Source: Tubulanus polymorphus
Lineage: Eukaryota; Animalia; Nemertea
Length of the DNA: 64,000 nucleotides
NCBI RefSeq assembly: GCF_964204645.1
Contig: NC_134027.1
Location: forward strand, 27,428,560 to 27,492,559
Reading direction: 5' to 3'
Shown here: positions 1-11,377 of the stretch, piece by piece
How the letters are laid out: the number at the start of each line of letters is the position of its first letter
Position numbering within the stretch: the first letter of the stretch is position 1
Notes under the pieces: model-generated
Database searches by the model: none
Seen by the model: the letters and a program-made list of their open reading frames with translations, nothing else
Told to the model about the DNA's origin: nothing
Translations under genes and position numbers: made by a program

Positions 1-3000
1 TAGTAATGTCGTACCTGGAAGTTCAGCTGTAAGTTTGAAATACTCAGTTTCACATTCGTGACTTATATCCAAAACTAGTCTTAAGATTGGTTATTGAACT
101 AAGGTCGCTTAGACTGGTCTCGAATCATGACCGTGAATCTGGGATCCAGAAACTATTACATGTGCTGTAGATTTGATGTGAATTAATTTGATATTTTTGA
201 TTTATTTAGGTTTTAGAATGTTTAAAGAAACATCAACAAAAACTATCAGATAAATGTCATAGAATCGTATTCAAACGTCAGGTAATTAATGGATTATTCA
301 CCAATGTTCAATTCATTTCACTTGTATCCAGTATTGTGTATCCTGTATTGTGTATCCTGTATTGTGTATCCAGTATCCTGTATTGTGTATCCTGTATTGT
401 GTATCATTTTCATACACTATTCTTTAATTTCATGTATTTTATTTTGTAGAAAGTTGAATTGGTTGTGAATAATGCGGATTATCAGTTAATGACTCAGTGT
501 AAATCAATGATTAAGGTAAAGTTGAGTTCTCATCTCATTCCTTAATAACTTATCATCTCAAAATCAATTGAGACAAATCACAGTCAATTGTTAGTACATG
601 AAACACCCACAATATTAAAAATCTAATTTACTACAAAATGTTTACTGTGACATTTGGGGTAGAATGCTTTTATCCTCTTTGAATAAGTCTTTTAGAATTA
701 ATCTTCAATATTTTAGGTCATTTATATCACTTTGTAAACTCAAAAGGCAAACTTAATCTAAAAACTCAAACTCAAAAGAACTGACACAAAACTCACTTCA
801 AACTCATCATCATCCATTCAGTGTCTATATGTGATTGTTTTTACAGATTCATTGTTCATCGGTTCAATCATCTGAAATTCTCAACTGTTTGAAAAAACAC
901 AAAGATCAAATGGATTTCGACGTTAAATGTAGAAAAGTCGTTTACAACCGTTTGGAAACTAAAAGTCACGGTAAGTCAAAATTACCTCAATTCATTTACA
1001 GTTATATATAAGTTAAGTCAAAACTACCTCAACTCATCAATAACCATTCACAGGTTCAGTCAGTGAACCAATGTCATCTTTAATGAAGTCATCTCTATTT
1101 TTGGAGTCCATATTTGTATTTATAATTCAATTAACTAAGTTTTATTTATCATTTTGATAATTCTTCAATGTAATGATTGTCGGAACTACAATGACTTCAG
1201 CAGTAGCGAGTTTCCCTGTATATTCCCTAACGTTGTATGTTTGTATTGTTGAATACAGATTACAGATTTAATCCACAACTGATGCGAGAATGTAAATTAG
1301 ATATTCCTAAATTCTGTCGACCGATCATCAATAAACGTAAAAAAGATACCGAAATGGAAGGTGAAGTTATCAACTGTTTGAAATTACAGTTAGTTAAAAA
1401 GGTAAGATTTTCATCTTCTGATTTACGCTGGTTTCAATGTGTCAATCCGTACCTCTGAACCGCCCTCCCCTCCATCAGTCCTGAAACCCCTGATGCAGCC
1501 CTGAACTGACCCCTCATTGAACTTTTTGTAGATGTTATCTCCTTCCTGTGAAACAAGAATCAAGAATATAATCATGGAATCATCGTTACATTACAAACAG
1601 GATCCAGTTTTAGCTAAAGCTTGTCGCGAAGAGGTTAGTGTATATTCAACAGATTCCTGGTCAGTTAGCTGACTAGCTGGCTGGTCAGTTGGCTGGTGGG
1701 TCAGTCAGCTGGCTAGCTGGCTGGTCGGTCGGCTGATCATTTGAATGACTGCAGATTATTCTAATTCATTGAATTGTATATGATTATTTTCTGTGTAGAT
1801 TTTAACGATGTGTCCTGATAAACTATCGGATGGCGATGAATCACGTTATGGCGGCGTTGAAGAATGTTTGAAAAACAAATTCAAACAACATAAGATTAAA
1901 AAACGAGTTTGTCAAGATGTAAGCATCATTTCAAATAGTTAGACAGTTAATACATGGTTTTCGTGAAGATATCTGATTGTGAAACTAAACCACGGTCTTG
2001 TTACTGGCTTGTCGTATATTCATTTGAGATATTTGGCAACTTTTCCTTATGAAGATAATGCTTGAAATTGCGTTAACAAACAAGAGGGAAGAAAGGGAGG
2101 GTCCTAAATGAATCGTTAAGTTGATTGTTCGAGGATTTTGTGGAATTGTAAAGTTGATTGTTTGATGATTGTATTTACAGGAGGTGATGCGATTGTTATC
2201 GGAGAGTAAAGTTGATATACACATCGATGCGTTATTGTTTAAAGCGTGTTCTTTAGATGTTCAACATTTATGTCATGATGTTCTTCCTGGTGAAGGCAGA
2301 CGTAAGTTATTTATAAGCAATAATAGCTGTTTATTCTGGAATCTAAATAAAACATATTGAACACAATGGAGAGAGTGGAGGAGTGTTCAGAAGATCATGA
2401 CACCCGTTTCATATGAGAATCAATTGGAATCTCTCAAAAGCGGTTAATGAATATCCCTGATGAGCTGCACTGTTACACCCTACCCCTCACATACGCTTCA
2501 CTCTAGTCAACCTCTCTCCCATAGACAATCCAAGGCTACCCGACTGTATGAGCCAGCCATTCCCAACCCTAGCTCAGTGACATCACAAACTTAAACACTT
2601 AAAACCATAGGTCGAGTGACCAGTGACATCACAGCCACTCAGTATTGGCAGCTAGCCCTAACCCTAGGTCAGCTGACCAGTGACATCACAGCCACTCAGT
2701 ACTAGCAGCTAACCCTAACCCTAGGTCAGGTGACCAGTGACATCACAGTCACTCAGTACTAGCAGCTAACCCTAACCCTAGGTCAGCTGACCAGTGACAT
2801 CACAGCCACTGAGTACTAGCAGCTAACCCTAACCCTAGGTCAGGTGACCAGTGACATCACAGCCACTCAGTACTAGCAGCTAACCCTAACCCTAGGTCAG
2901 GTGACCAGTGACATCACAGCCACTCAGTACTAGCAGCTAACCCTAACCCTAGGTCAGGTGACCAGTGACATCACAGCCACTGAGTACTAGCAGCTAACCC

Positions 3001-3796
3001 TAACCCTAGGTCAGGTGACCAGTGACATCACAGCATCTGAGTACTAGCAGCTAACCCTAACCCTAGGTCAGCTGACCAGTGACATCACAGCCACTCAGTA
3101 CTAGCAGCTAACCCTAACCCTAGGTCAGGTGACCAGTGACATGACAGATCCCCATGACTGGCATGACAAAGTGTTGATATTAGTTGGAGCCACCCTAGGT
3201 CAGTTTTAGGACTGGATTCTAATGGTGTCTCTATTTTGTTTCTATTTGAATTATAGAAATGTCATGTTTATTATCTACACTTGAGGAACAGCCACAGGCG
3301 TTAGATCACACATGTAAAAAAATGTTACAAGAACGAGTCGATATGTGGGAATACGCTGCCAAGGTAAATCAATAAACAGTCACTGTTACAATCTGATTCT
3401 TTAAACGGTTGAAACTTTTGAAATTGATTAATTTTGAGTTGAATTAGATTTAACTGACAACTGAAGGAAGTGGATCCGGAATCCAGCTGCACTGTTTAAG
3501 TTCAAATTCAATTCTACAGTTGAACATACGAAGTGAATTTATGTCAAATTCTAACTGTGAGAACTGTGAAACTATAGGTGTTATCAGAACATGTTTTATT
3601 GTCTAATTTATCGATGTTGTATTTTCAGCTGGCTCCACCAGAAACATTGAAAGATGTCGCCATACAGCTGAATCAATCTCCTTCGAGACAATACTTTATA
3701 GCAGTGATATTTGCTGTAATTGGATTTATATTTATTGGTGGTTTATTTTGTGGTCGTGTGACAAAACGAGTTCGCGCTGAAGTGAAAAACAAGTAA
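1..3796 (+). CDS. GLG1: Golgi apparatus protein 1 (cysteine-rich FGF receptor/ESL-1), 3' part, 10 exons in window
   Basis: GT-AG exons <1-28, 210-281, 450-515, 847-970, 1259-1401, 1532-1633, 1799-1918, 2181-2301, 3257-3363, 3629-3796 splice in frame. They give Cys-rich GLG1 repeats (DYRFNPQLMRECKLDIPKFC, MSCLL..ERVDMWEYAAK), a TM helix and the tail GLFCGRVTKRVRAEVKNK, matching vertebrate GLG1 as I recall it. Confidence 0.95.
2600..3148. repeat. 57-bp intronic minisatellite (~9 copies) containing CTAACCCTAACCCTAG
   Basis: Unit ccctaaccctaggtcaggtgaccagtgacatcacagccactcagtactagcagctaa; period 57 (2941 to 2998). Confidence 0.95.
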
Positions 3797-3946
3797 CATT
3801 TTATATGGTTTGATCAACTATCTACAGTTTACAGCAGTGTCAACAGTATCAACAGTGTCAACAGTATCAACAGTGTGGACAGCGAACTGGGACAGATTAC
3901 ACGAGTGTGGGAAGGAGTTAAGGCTATTGGTCAGGTTAGGCTCCTT

Positions 3947-4084
3947 GGGCCAGTTGCACAGTCGTGACCTAAGTCCAAAGGTGGTCTTAAATCTTAACAC
4001 CAATCTTAAGTTGTTAGATTAGCTATAGAACTAAGTTGGTCTTATACTGGTCTTAAGTCTAAGCCATGACTATGCAACCGGCCC
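3947..4084. mobile_element. ~138-bp MITE, family A (PIF/Harbinger-like)
   Basis: Imperfect TIRs GGGCCAGTTGCACAGTCGTG ... CATGACTATGCAACCGGCCC, with a 3-bp direct repeat CTT on both sides; several other copies in the window. Confidence 0.85.
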
Positions 4085-4865
4085 CTTGTGGTTAGGGAGG
4101 GGTAAGGCTCGCACTAGGAGTAAGGAGTGACTGACGCCTGTAACTGTAGATAGTTCATTCTATTTCATATTCCCATTTCTTAGTCACAGACAATGATTTT
4201 ATATGATAAGAAAATATGTATGCAAAAATATGAACAAACAGATAAATTATTGACTTTCATTTCTAGCATTCGATGCATATATAATATAAGAATAGAATTG
4301 AAACACGTTCTCGGTATATGTGTGATAAGATCTATCATTCCTGTCTTGTTGTTTATGTTTATTGATGCCTGTCGTTCTGATTGTTTTCAATCATCAGGTT
4401 CTCGTCGAAACTCTCGAGTCAAAATTGTTTTATAAACCTAGACTTAAACACGCAAGTTATTCTAGAAATGTTCATCTTGTCGATCCGACAAATATTATTA
4501 CTCAAGAAAATTGAATTGTGTAAAGATATGAGATATTTGCTTGCTGTAGATCGAGAGGGATGGAAGGGGTGTGGGGCGGGTATATTGATAGAATACAAGT
4601 AAAACGTAGATTACATATTGTGAATGTAGTTAGTTAGAATTAGTTTTACTTGTGTTTAGAGAATCTCAATATTATTAACAGTACCTGTATCTATAGTGTA
4701 TGATTATATATGGTACCTGTGTTATGTATATTCGGTCTCTAATCTGTATAAAATTATTTCTTTGTCGCGAATCAAAAATTTTATGTGAACTCGATATTGA
4801 TTGTGAAAATATGCATTATTCGTAACGAACATTTGAGCTGAGCAATGTAAACCAAACTGGGACAA

Positions 4866-5375
4866 ACCAGTTGCATAGTTGTGGTTTCAGTGAAAAAATG
4901 GTCTTACTCTGTGAGACTGGTCTTAGATGTAATAATGATCTTAGACTGGTCTTAAGTTGTTAAATCGACTATAGAACTTAAATGAGTTTAGACTGGTCTT
5001 AAGTTGTTAGATTGGTTATAGAACCAAAATGAGCTTAGACTGGTCTTAAGTTGTTAGATTGGTTATAGAACCAAAATGTGTTTAGACTGGTCTTAAGTTG
5101 TTAGATTGGTTATAGAACCAAAATGAGCTTGGACTGGTCTTAAGTTGTTAGATTGGTTATAGAACCAAAACGAGCTTAGACTGGTCTTAAGATGTCAGAT
5201 TGGTTATAGAACCAAAATGAGCTTATACTGGTCTTAGAACCAAAATGATCTTAGATTGGTCTTAAGTTGTTAAATTGACTATAGAAGCAAAATGAGTTTA
5301 GACCGGTCTGAATTTGTTAGATTGGCTATAGAACCAGAATGAGCTTATCTGAAGCCTCGACTGTGCAACTGAGTC
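4866..5375. repeat. Family A MITE internally expanded by a 47-bp tandem repeat
   Basis: TIR remnants ccagttgcatagttgtg and cgactgtgcaactg enclose ~8 copies of agactggtcttaagttgttagattggttatagaaccaaaatgagctt, the MITE internal segment. Confidence 0.8.
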
Positions 5376-5680
5376 TGATCTGATGCTGTAGAGAAAGTTT
5401 CTCCTGATTCTAGTTTAAATATGATTGCATTCATTGTCCGTCCATTTAATGCAATCATATTTGATTCTCAGTCTATTTTACTCCTAAATGCGAAACAACG
5501 AATCATATTTTATCTTTCTTGTAATCAAATCATCTCTAGATGATATTTGTGTAATCGCTCTATGTATTTAACCAGCACACATGGTCTGCAGTTTGGAGTT
5601 GGTTCGTGTTTGAATATTTATACGTGTCGATAGTAAAATGTCATTAATTTATTATCAACAATCAACTCTTTATACGGTAT

Positions 5681-5843
5681 GGGATCATTCATTTATTACG
5701 TACGCATAAAATTTGAATTTTTCAACCCCCTCCCCCTCTGTACGCAAAATCGGACATTTTTTCATATACATTATGCATTACAGTACACAATTGCACTGAC
5801 CCCTCCCCCTCCCCTAATGCGTACGTAATAAATGAATGACCCC
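5681..5843. mobile_element. MITE family B, 27-bp TIRs, 3-bp TSD
   Basis: GGGATCATTCATTTATTACGTACGCAT ... ATGCGTACGTAATAAATGAATGACCCC, flanked by TAT on both sides. Confidence 0.85.
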
Positions 5844-6100
5844 TATGCGCCCATCTTGCGTTGTGTACTATTTTTTAGAAATTTAATCAAAATCTTACGA
5901 CTTTCGATTGATATACATCAAAATTTGGAACAAAAAATGCAATAATTTTTAATTTTTTATATATTTTGGCTTGAAAATGAGTGAATAATTGACTATTTTA
6001 CTGGATTCTCGGGAGTGTATTTACCTGTTTTAGGTTTATGTCGTACGCGTGTTATCAATATTAATCATTTATCATTACCAGGTATATTTAAAAACACACA

Positions 6101-6238
6101 GCCCAGTTGTACGGCTGTGACTTCATTCCAAGAATGGACATATATCTTAAGACTGGTCTTAAGTCGTTCATTTGGTTCTAAATCCAAAATGAGCTTAGAT
6201 AGGTCCTGGAAGAAGCCAAAGACTGCACATCTGGATCC
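6101..6238. mobile_element. Diverged family A MITE
   Basis: gcccagttgtacggctgtgactt...cttaagactggtcttaag...gactgcacatctgg. A similar old copy lies at about 42-146. Confidence 0.55.
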
Positions 6239-6567
6239 AAGTGTTAGAAATAAGTTAAAGTAAACCATGGGATAGAATTATAACTTGGTTCATCCACAGG
6301 TTAACTTAACCAAATTTTACACCCAACCACATTGGTTCTGTGCACATGGGTTGTTACAGTATAACTGTTAATACAAATCTAGTAGCCAAGAGTAAATTTG
6401 TCGTATGAAACAGGTTTCGTATTATCTAAATCTGGATTGATATAAATATCTATAGCTGGGATATGCTGGAACTCATTGTAATAAACAGGTTTCATATTTA
6501 ACACAGAATCGTATTAACGAGGTTCAAAATTCCACCCTAGTGTGTTGAATAACGGGAATACCACTAT

Positions 6568-6747
6568 AGTGCGTCTACACCGCAGCGCGGTGTATCGTTA
6601 GTTACTAATATTTCACTATGTTTGACAGGTGCATTTTTCAAGAGAGATAATTACTAATTACATCAATACACCGCAGTGCGGTGTTCTAGCAAAATCTATC
6701 ACTGATTTATACGCCGCACTGCGGTGTAGACGCACTGAAAGGGTTAA
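6568..6747. mobile_element. Foldback MITE with a piggyBac-like right end
   Basis: Inverted repeats agtgcgtctacaccgcagcgcggtgtat / atacgccgcactgcggtgtagacgcact, ending GAAAGGG-TTAA. The left terminus is not intact. Confidence 0.55.
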
Positions 6748-6900
6748 CGAGGTTCAACTGTATTACACAGAAATTCAGCTAGTCTTGTATTAATTAATCC
6801 TTTTACATCAAGTGTAAATAACATGAATGAATGTGAGATTCTAATATTAACGAACCATAGTTTAATCCAATAACTATATATATATATATAAATATAGAGC

Positions 6901-7120
6901 TACAGTCAAACTCTGTGTAAGTCATCATTTGGATAAGTCATCACATTACTGAAGTCATCCTTATTTTTGAGTCTTGATTTGTTTTTTTGCAATTCCATTT
7001 TACTAGGTGAAAGTCGTCATTTGGATAAGTCGTCACACATTACTGAAGTCATCTCATATTTCTAATTCAATTTACTAAGTCGTCCAAACTACAATGACTT
7101 CACGATGAGTTAGTCTGTAA
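6901..7120. mobile_element. Tc1/mariner-like MITE relic
   Basis: TA-CAGTCAAAC start, internal aagtcatc repeats and a ctgta end. Related segments at ~1050-1222 and, inverted, at ~28560-28700. Confidence 0.45.
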
Positions 7121-7599
7121 TAATCATTAATTAAGGTAATGTTTGTGTAAAGTAAACATTCTATATCTCTTTCTCGATGTATGAATTTATTCACCGTATG
7201 ATTTCATTTTTCAACAGGATAAGTGAAATATATTTTTTTCATTTATAGAAATGTTTTCTTGTGTTTTCTTCCTTGTCGTCTCATTTCCCATTCAATGGAT
7301 CTAAGGTTGACTCACTCTGAAGTACGTGTAGTTTACAGACCGTTCGAATTCAAATTAAATGCATGAAACTTAGTGAATACAGTAACCTGTCTGTGGTCGA
7401 TCTGATATTGCCACAAAGCCAAAACCGTATCACCAAGGATTCGCATTATTGTATTTTCAAAATAGCAATTGTTTATCTGCCTTTATACAATAAATCAACG
7501 TCTTTGGATAATTTAGCATCCAAACCACTTCAAGTGCAAAGCAGCATTCAATTGTAACTCCCGGATAAAATTCGTCGACTTTCGCTGAACTGCATGCCC

Positions 7600-7874
7600 C
7601 TCATCTGGTGAACATCAATATCCAGGATCTTTTATCAAAAACGAAAAACTGACACTTTTTTCATACAGTTGGTGAAGTTGGAAGATGAGTTAATGGCTCT
7701 GATGCCCTGTCGACCCGCCGTGTATTAGTGAACGGGATGAAGAAATTGTACCCTAACGTTGTTGACGAATTGAGAAACAGTATAAACTAGATGACAATCG
7801 CGCGCTTCGTAAATATACTGTAGAAAGTCATGGATCTACTAATGAAACATTGCTAATCGCTCAGAAATAGTTGA
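7600..7874 (+). pseudogene. Decayed paralogue of the 3' part of the neighbouring methyltransferase gene
   Basis: catacagttggtgaagttgga (7662) vs catacagttggtaaagttgga (9938); gctctgatgccctgtcgacc..gtgtattagtgaacgggatgaagaaatt vs gctctgatgcctagtcgaccgtgtatcagtgaaagggataaagaagtt; aatgaaacattgctaatcgctcagaaatag vs attgaaacctttgtcatcgctagagaataa. Carries frameshifts and stops. Confidence 0.8.
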
Positions 7875-8240
7875 ACACGTAGTATTGCATCATTCAGACT
7901 CGTATTTATCCCGACTCTCCTTATGAGTGAAATTCATTAAAAACTCATAACTCTGCAGTTTCACTGAATAGCACATCACGTTATTTTCGCGCGTCTGCGA
8001 TTCTATAGGCACTTTTACGAAATTGAATCTGATTCGGTTTAGCTAAATCCGATTCGATGTCGGAAAACGAAAGGATTAGTAAATCGAATCTTATTTCATA
8101 TTGGACTCGTTTAGATATTAGACTGGTTAACTGTATCTATTTTCAATAATTCATATTGAATAGGACAGGCAACCAGTCTATGTAGATATATCACTACATA
8201 TAACTATTCCGTTATAGTTCTATGATCACCACAATGCGAC

Positions 8241-8920
8241 CAGGCCAAAACTAGGATTACTACGTTTATTCACCAGGCCAACATTAGGGTTACTACGTTT
8301 ATTAACCAGGCCAACACTAGGGTTACTATGTTTATTAAACAGGCCAACACTAGGATTACTGCGTTTATTTAACAGGCCAACACTAGGGTAACTACGTTTA
8401 TTAAACAGGCCAACACTAGGATAAGTGCGTTTATTCACCAGGCCAACACTAGGGTTACTATGTTTATTCACCAGGCCAACACTAGGGTTTCTGCGTTTAT
8501 TAAACAGGCCAACACTAGGGTTACTACGTTTATTTAACAGGCCAACACTAGGGTTTCTGCGTTTATTCACCAGGCCAACACTAGGGTTACTATGTTTATT
8601 AAACAGGCCAACACTAGGATTACTGCGTTTATTTAACAGGCCAACACTAGGGTTTCTGCGTTTATTCACCAGGCCAACATTAGGGTTACTACGTTTATTA
8701 ACCAGGCCAACACTAGGGTTACTACGTTTATTAACCAGGCCAACACTAGGGTTACTATGTTTATTAAACAGGCCAACACTAGGGTTACTACGTTTATTAA
8801 ACAGGCCAACACTAGGGTTACTATGTTTATTTAACAGGCCAACACTAGGGTTACTACGTTTATTTAACAGGCCAACACTAGGGTAACTACGTTTATTAAA
8901 CAGGCTAACACTAAGATTAT
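8241..8920. repeat. 33-bp minisatellite (~20 copies)
   Basis: Unit aggccaacactagggttactacgtttattaaac; explains the 11-aa periodic ORFs on both strands. Confidence 0.95.
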
Positions 8921-9298
8921 GGAACTATGGATTTTGTAATATATTCGTAGCCTTTTTGTACTGTACACAGTTGTATCTATCACATTGCAGAGACACGCCT
9001 ACTTGTATAAATAAGGGTAGTTAAACAATTTTGATTTGGGTTGAAAAAAGGTCATCGCACAAATGAAGCCTTCATTGAGTAATAGTGTCTGTCTGACATT
9101 AATACGCAAACGTTCATAGACCCTGGGAGGTTGTAAATCTCATGAGTATTCTTTTGTCCCAGGCCTCCAGGCTCCAGCATTGGCTGACAAAAAAACTCTG
9201 ACGTCACCTTCAAAAGCAAGCCAGTTTAGGAGGTCAAACGACAATTTTTTAGGCGTTAGCTCATTGCACTATCGAAAAGTCAATTCTGCCGGTTTATC

Positions 9299-10192
9299 AT
9301 GAATGACGAGACATTTAGCGATGTTTATGCTTCCTTCCGAAGAGTTTGTGGTTGTGTCGTTGGAGATTCGATCTTCTCGATACCGGTTAACTTAGCTAAA
9401 GCGTTTCGATGCTGTTTCGCTGAATGTGCTGCAAGAGAAGATAGAGGATTGAGAGTACTGGTAATAGGTCCCGCTCACGGGCATATGCTTGAAGAAACGT
9501 TGCATAAACTTGGAGAAGATGTTACGATCGATCAGATAGATTGTGTGGAACCGAATACTCATCTGGTGGTTGAGCTAAAAGAACGGATGAGTTTACTGGC
9601 GAGTAAGTTCAACTTCACTTACAATATACACAACCAACCATTTTCGGAAGACAGTGGATCATTTCTACCGAATGATTTCTATGATCTATTGGTGTTCTCG
9701 CATTCAACCTACTACTTTGATAACCTCGTTCTCATCCTGGAGCGGTCACTATTTCAACTCACCAACAAAAATGGCCGATCCTTCATCGCAATCGAAACGG
9801 ATGATTTTCGTGACACTATCCGGGATGAAATAGAAAATACCTTCTCGAAGAACACCGGCGACACAAAACCTCCTACTCGTTGTGAAAAAGTCCCTATTCA
9901 CACTGTTTTGGCCGAAACGAAAACTCAAACGCTATCGCATACAGTTGGTAAAGTTGGAGCGATGGTCCATACAGCTCTGATGCCTAGTCGACCGTGTATC
10001 AGTGAAAGGGATAAAGAAGTTCGTAGATCGGCCGATGAGACGTTGTCGTTCTTTTCGGAAACAGATGTCAGGAAACAAACAGAAGACGAACGCGCTACGA
10101 TACAAAATATAATCCGTGATCATACAGTTGAAATTTATGGATTTTCTGTAATTCCATATACTATTGAAACCTTTGTCATCGCTAGAGAATAA
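9299..10192 (+). CDS. Class I SAM-dependent methyltransferase, histamine N-methyltransferase-like, intronless CDS (297 aa)
   Basis: Motif I LRVLVIGPAHG, acidic post-I IDCVEPN and YDLLVFSHSTYYFDN, which resemble the HNMT-like family. Substrate unknown. Confidence 0.75.
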   Translation: MNDETFSDVYASFRRVCGCVVGDSIFSIPVNLAKAFRCCFAECAAREDRGLRVLVIGPAHGHMLEETLHKLGEDVTIDQIDCVEPNTHLVVELKERMSLLASKFNFTYNIHNQPFSEDSGSFLPNDFYDLLVFSHSTYYFDNLVLILERSLFQLTNKNGRSFIAIETDDFRDTIRDEIENTFSKNTGDTKPPTRCEKVPIHTVLAETKTQTLSHTVGKVGAMVHTALMPSRPCISERDKEVRRSADETLSFFSETDVRKQTEDERATIQNIIRDHTVEIYGFSVIPYTIETFVIARE

Positions 10193-10380
10193 TTGAGTAC
10201 CACGGCGTAGTGCAGCAGGACATTTAGAAATCAGATTTGAGTGATTCCTTGTGTTATGTCTAGATGTATTAGCAAGACTCCACGGCGCTATTGGTGTTTG
10301 GTATATGTTATTATTCTGTCCCATTCTACAACATTTCATAATGCTTTTTTATTCCTAAATTATTGTAATTTGCGCCCCTG

Positions 10381-10517
10381 GGGCCAGTTGCACAGTCGTG
10401 ACTTAAGTCCAAAAGTGGTCTTAAATCTTAAGACTGGTCTCAAGTTGTTAGATTGGCTATAGAACTGAGTTGGTCTTAGACTGGTTTAAGTCTTAGCCAT
10501 GACTATGCAACCGGCCC
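10381..10517. mobile_element. Family A MITE, intact
   Basis: GGGCCAGTTGCACAG...ATGCAACCGGCCC flanked by CTG/CTG. Confidence 0.85.
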
Positions 10518-11119
10518 CTGATCATCAACTCAGGGACTCTACATATGTATCCTTAGCTTACTGTTGCTAAGTGTTTTTAGAATTATTTTGTTGAAGTGTG
10601 AAAAGAATAAAAGCTAATCCAGTCGAATATGGTTTTTAAATGTTACTTCAATCATTTATTAGTCACTCATTTCTGCTCGCCGCGAATTTTTTTTTTCACA
10701 CCAGGTCTGCCATTTTGTTTCTACATTTAACATGCTATCACGTGATCTCAACATGTAAACACAATAACTACCGGTATACATAAAACACGTGTTCCTTATA
10801 AAACAGGAATAATTTGAATAACGAAATCCACTAAGTAACAAAACGAAAATTGGAGTTAGAATATAATCTTTAATTATAATGTTAATAAAATTGGGGAAGT
10901 ATATGCTCAATTTTATTAATTATAATTTATACTGAAGTAGACACCGAGTGTAGAAGACGCTGTCCTCAATTATACCAGATCCAAAAAAGCCCCAGTCTAG
11001 ACTTTTGTGTCCTTTTAAATAAAAAATTATACGGAGGGATATCCTCTTAGCTCTGCAGGGAATGAAGTCTACGTCCTTGAGCTCCTTCTGAAGGGCCAAA
11101 AATAAATACAGGCCTCTCC

Positions 11120-11377
11120 ATAGGCGTCGCCAGGATTTTTATGGGGGTCCGAATATCGGCAATTTGGTGAATCTAGTAAGGCAACGAAGCTGCCTTGGAC
11201 GAGGACGGAAGGTCCGAAGTCCCCGTGGAAATTAGGAGCGATTAAAAGCGTTTTCCCGCCACCTTGAGTGATTACCTTGTGGAAAAAACACGACTTCTTA
11301 TATAGTAAAAAATGAAGAAACCTAGCCGAAAAAGGGTGTTCGTTCGCACACCCCGAACCTCCCTGGCGACGCCTATA
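11120..11377. mobile_element. Non-autonomous TIR element
   Basis: TIRs ATAGGCGTCGCCAGG ... CCTGGCGACGCCTAT; no clean TSD seen. Confidence 0.65.

Noticed and set aside
2657-3125. True telomere or chromosome-fusion scar
   Set aside because: Only two hexamers per 57-bp unit, inside an intron of an intact gene.
8226-8886. 147/153-aa periodic ORFs on both strands
   Set aside because: Translations of a 33-bp minisatellite; no independent sign of coding.
9932-10339. 135-aa antisense ORF, and similar antisense ORFs over PSKH1 and BORCS6
   Set aside because: Shadow frames of real genes on the opposite strand.
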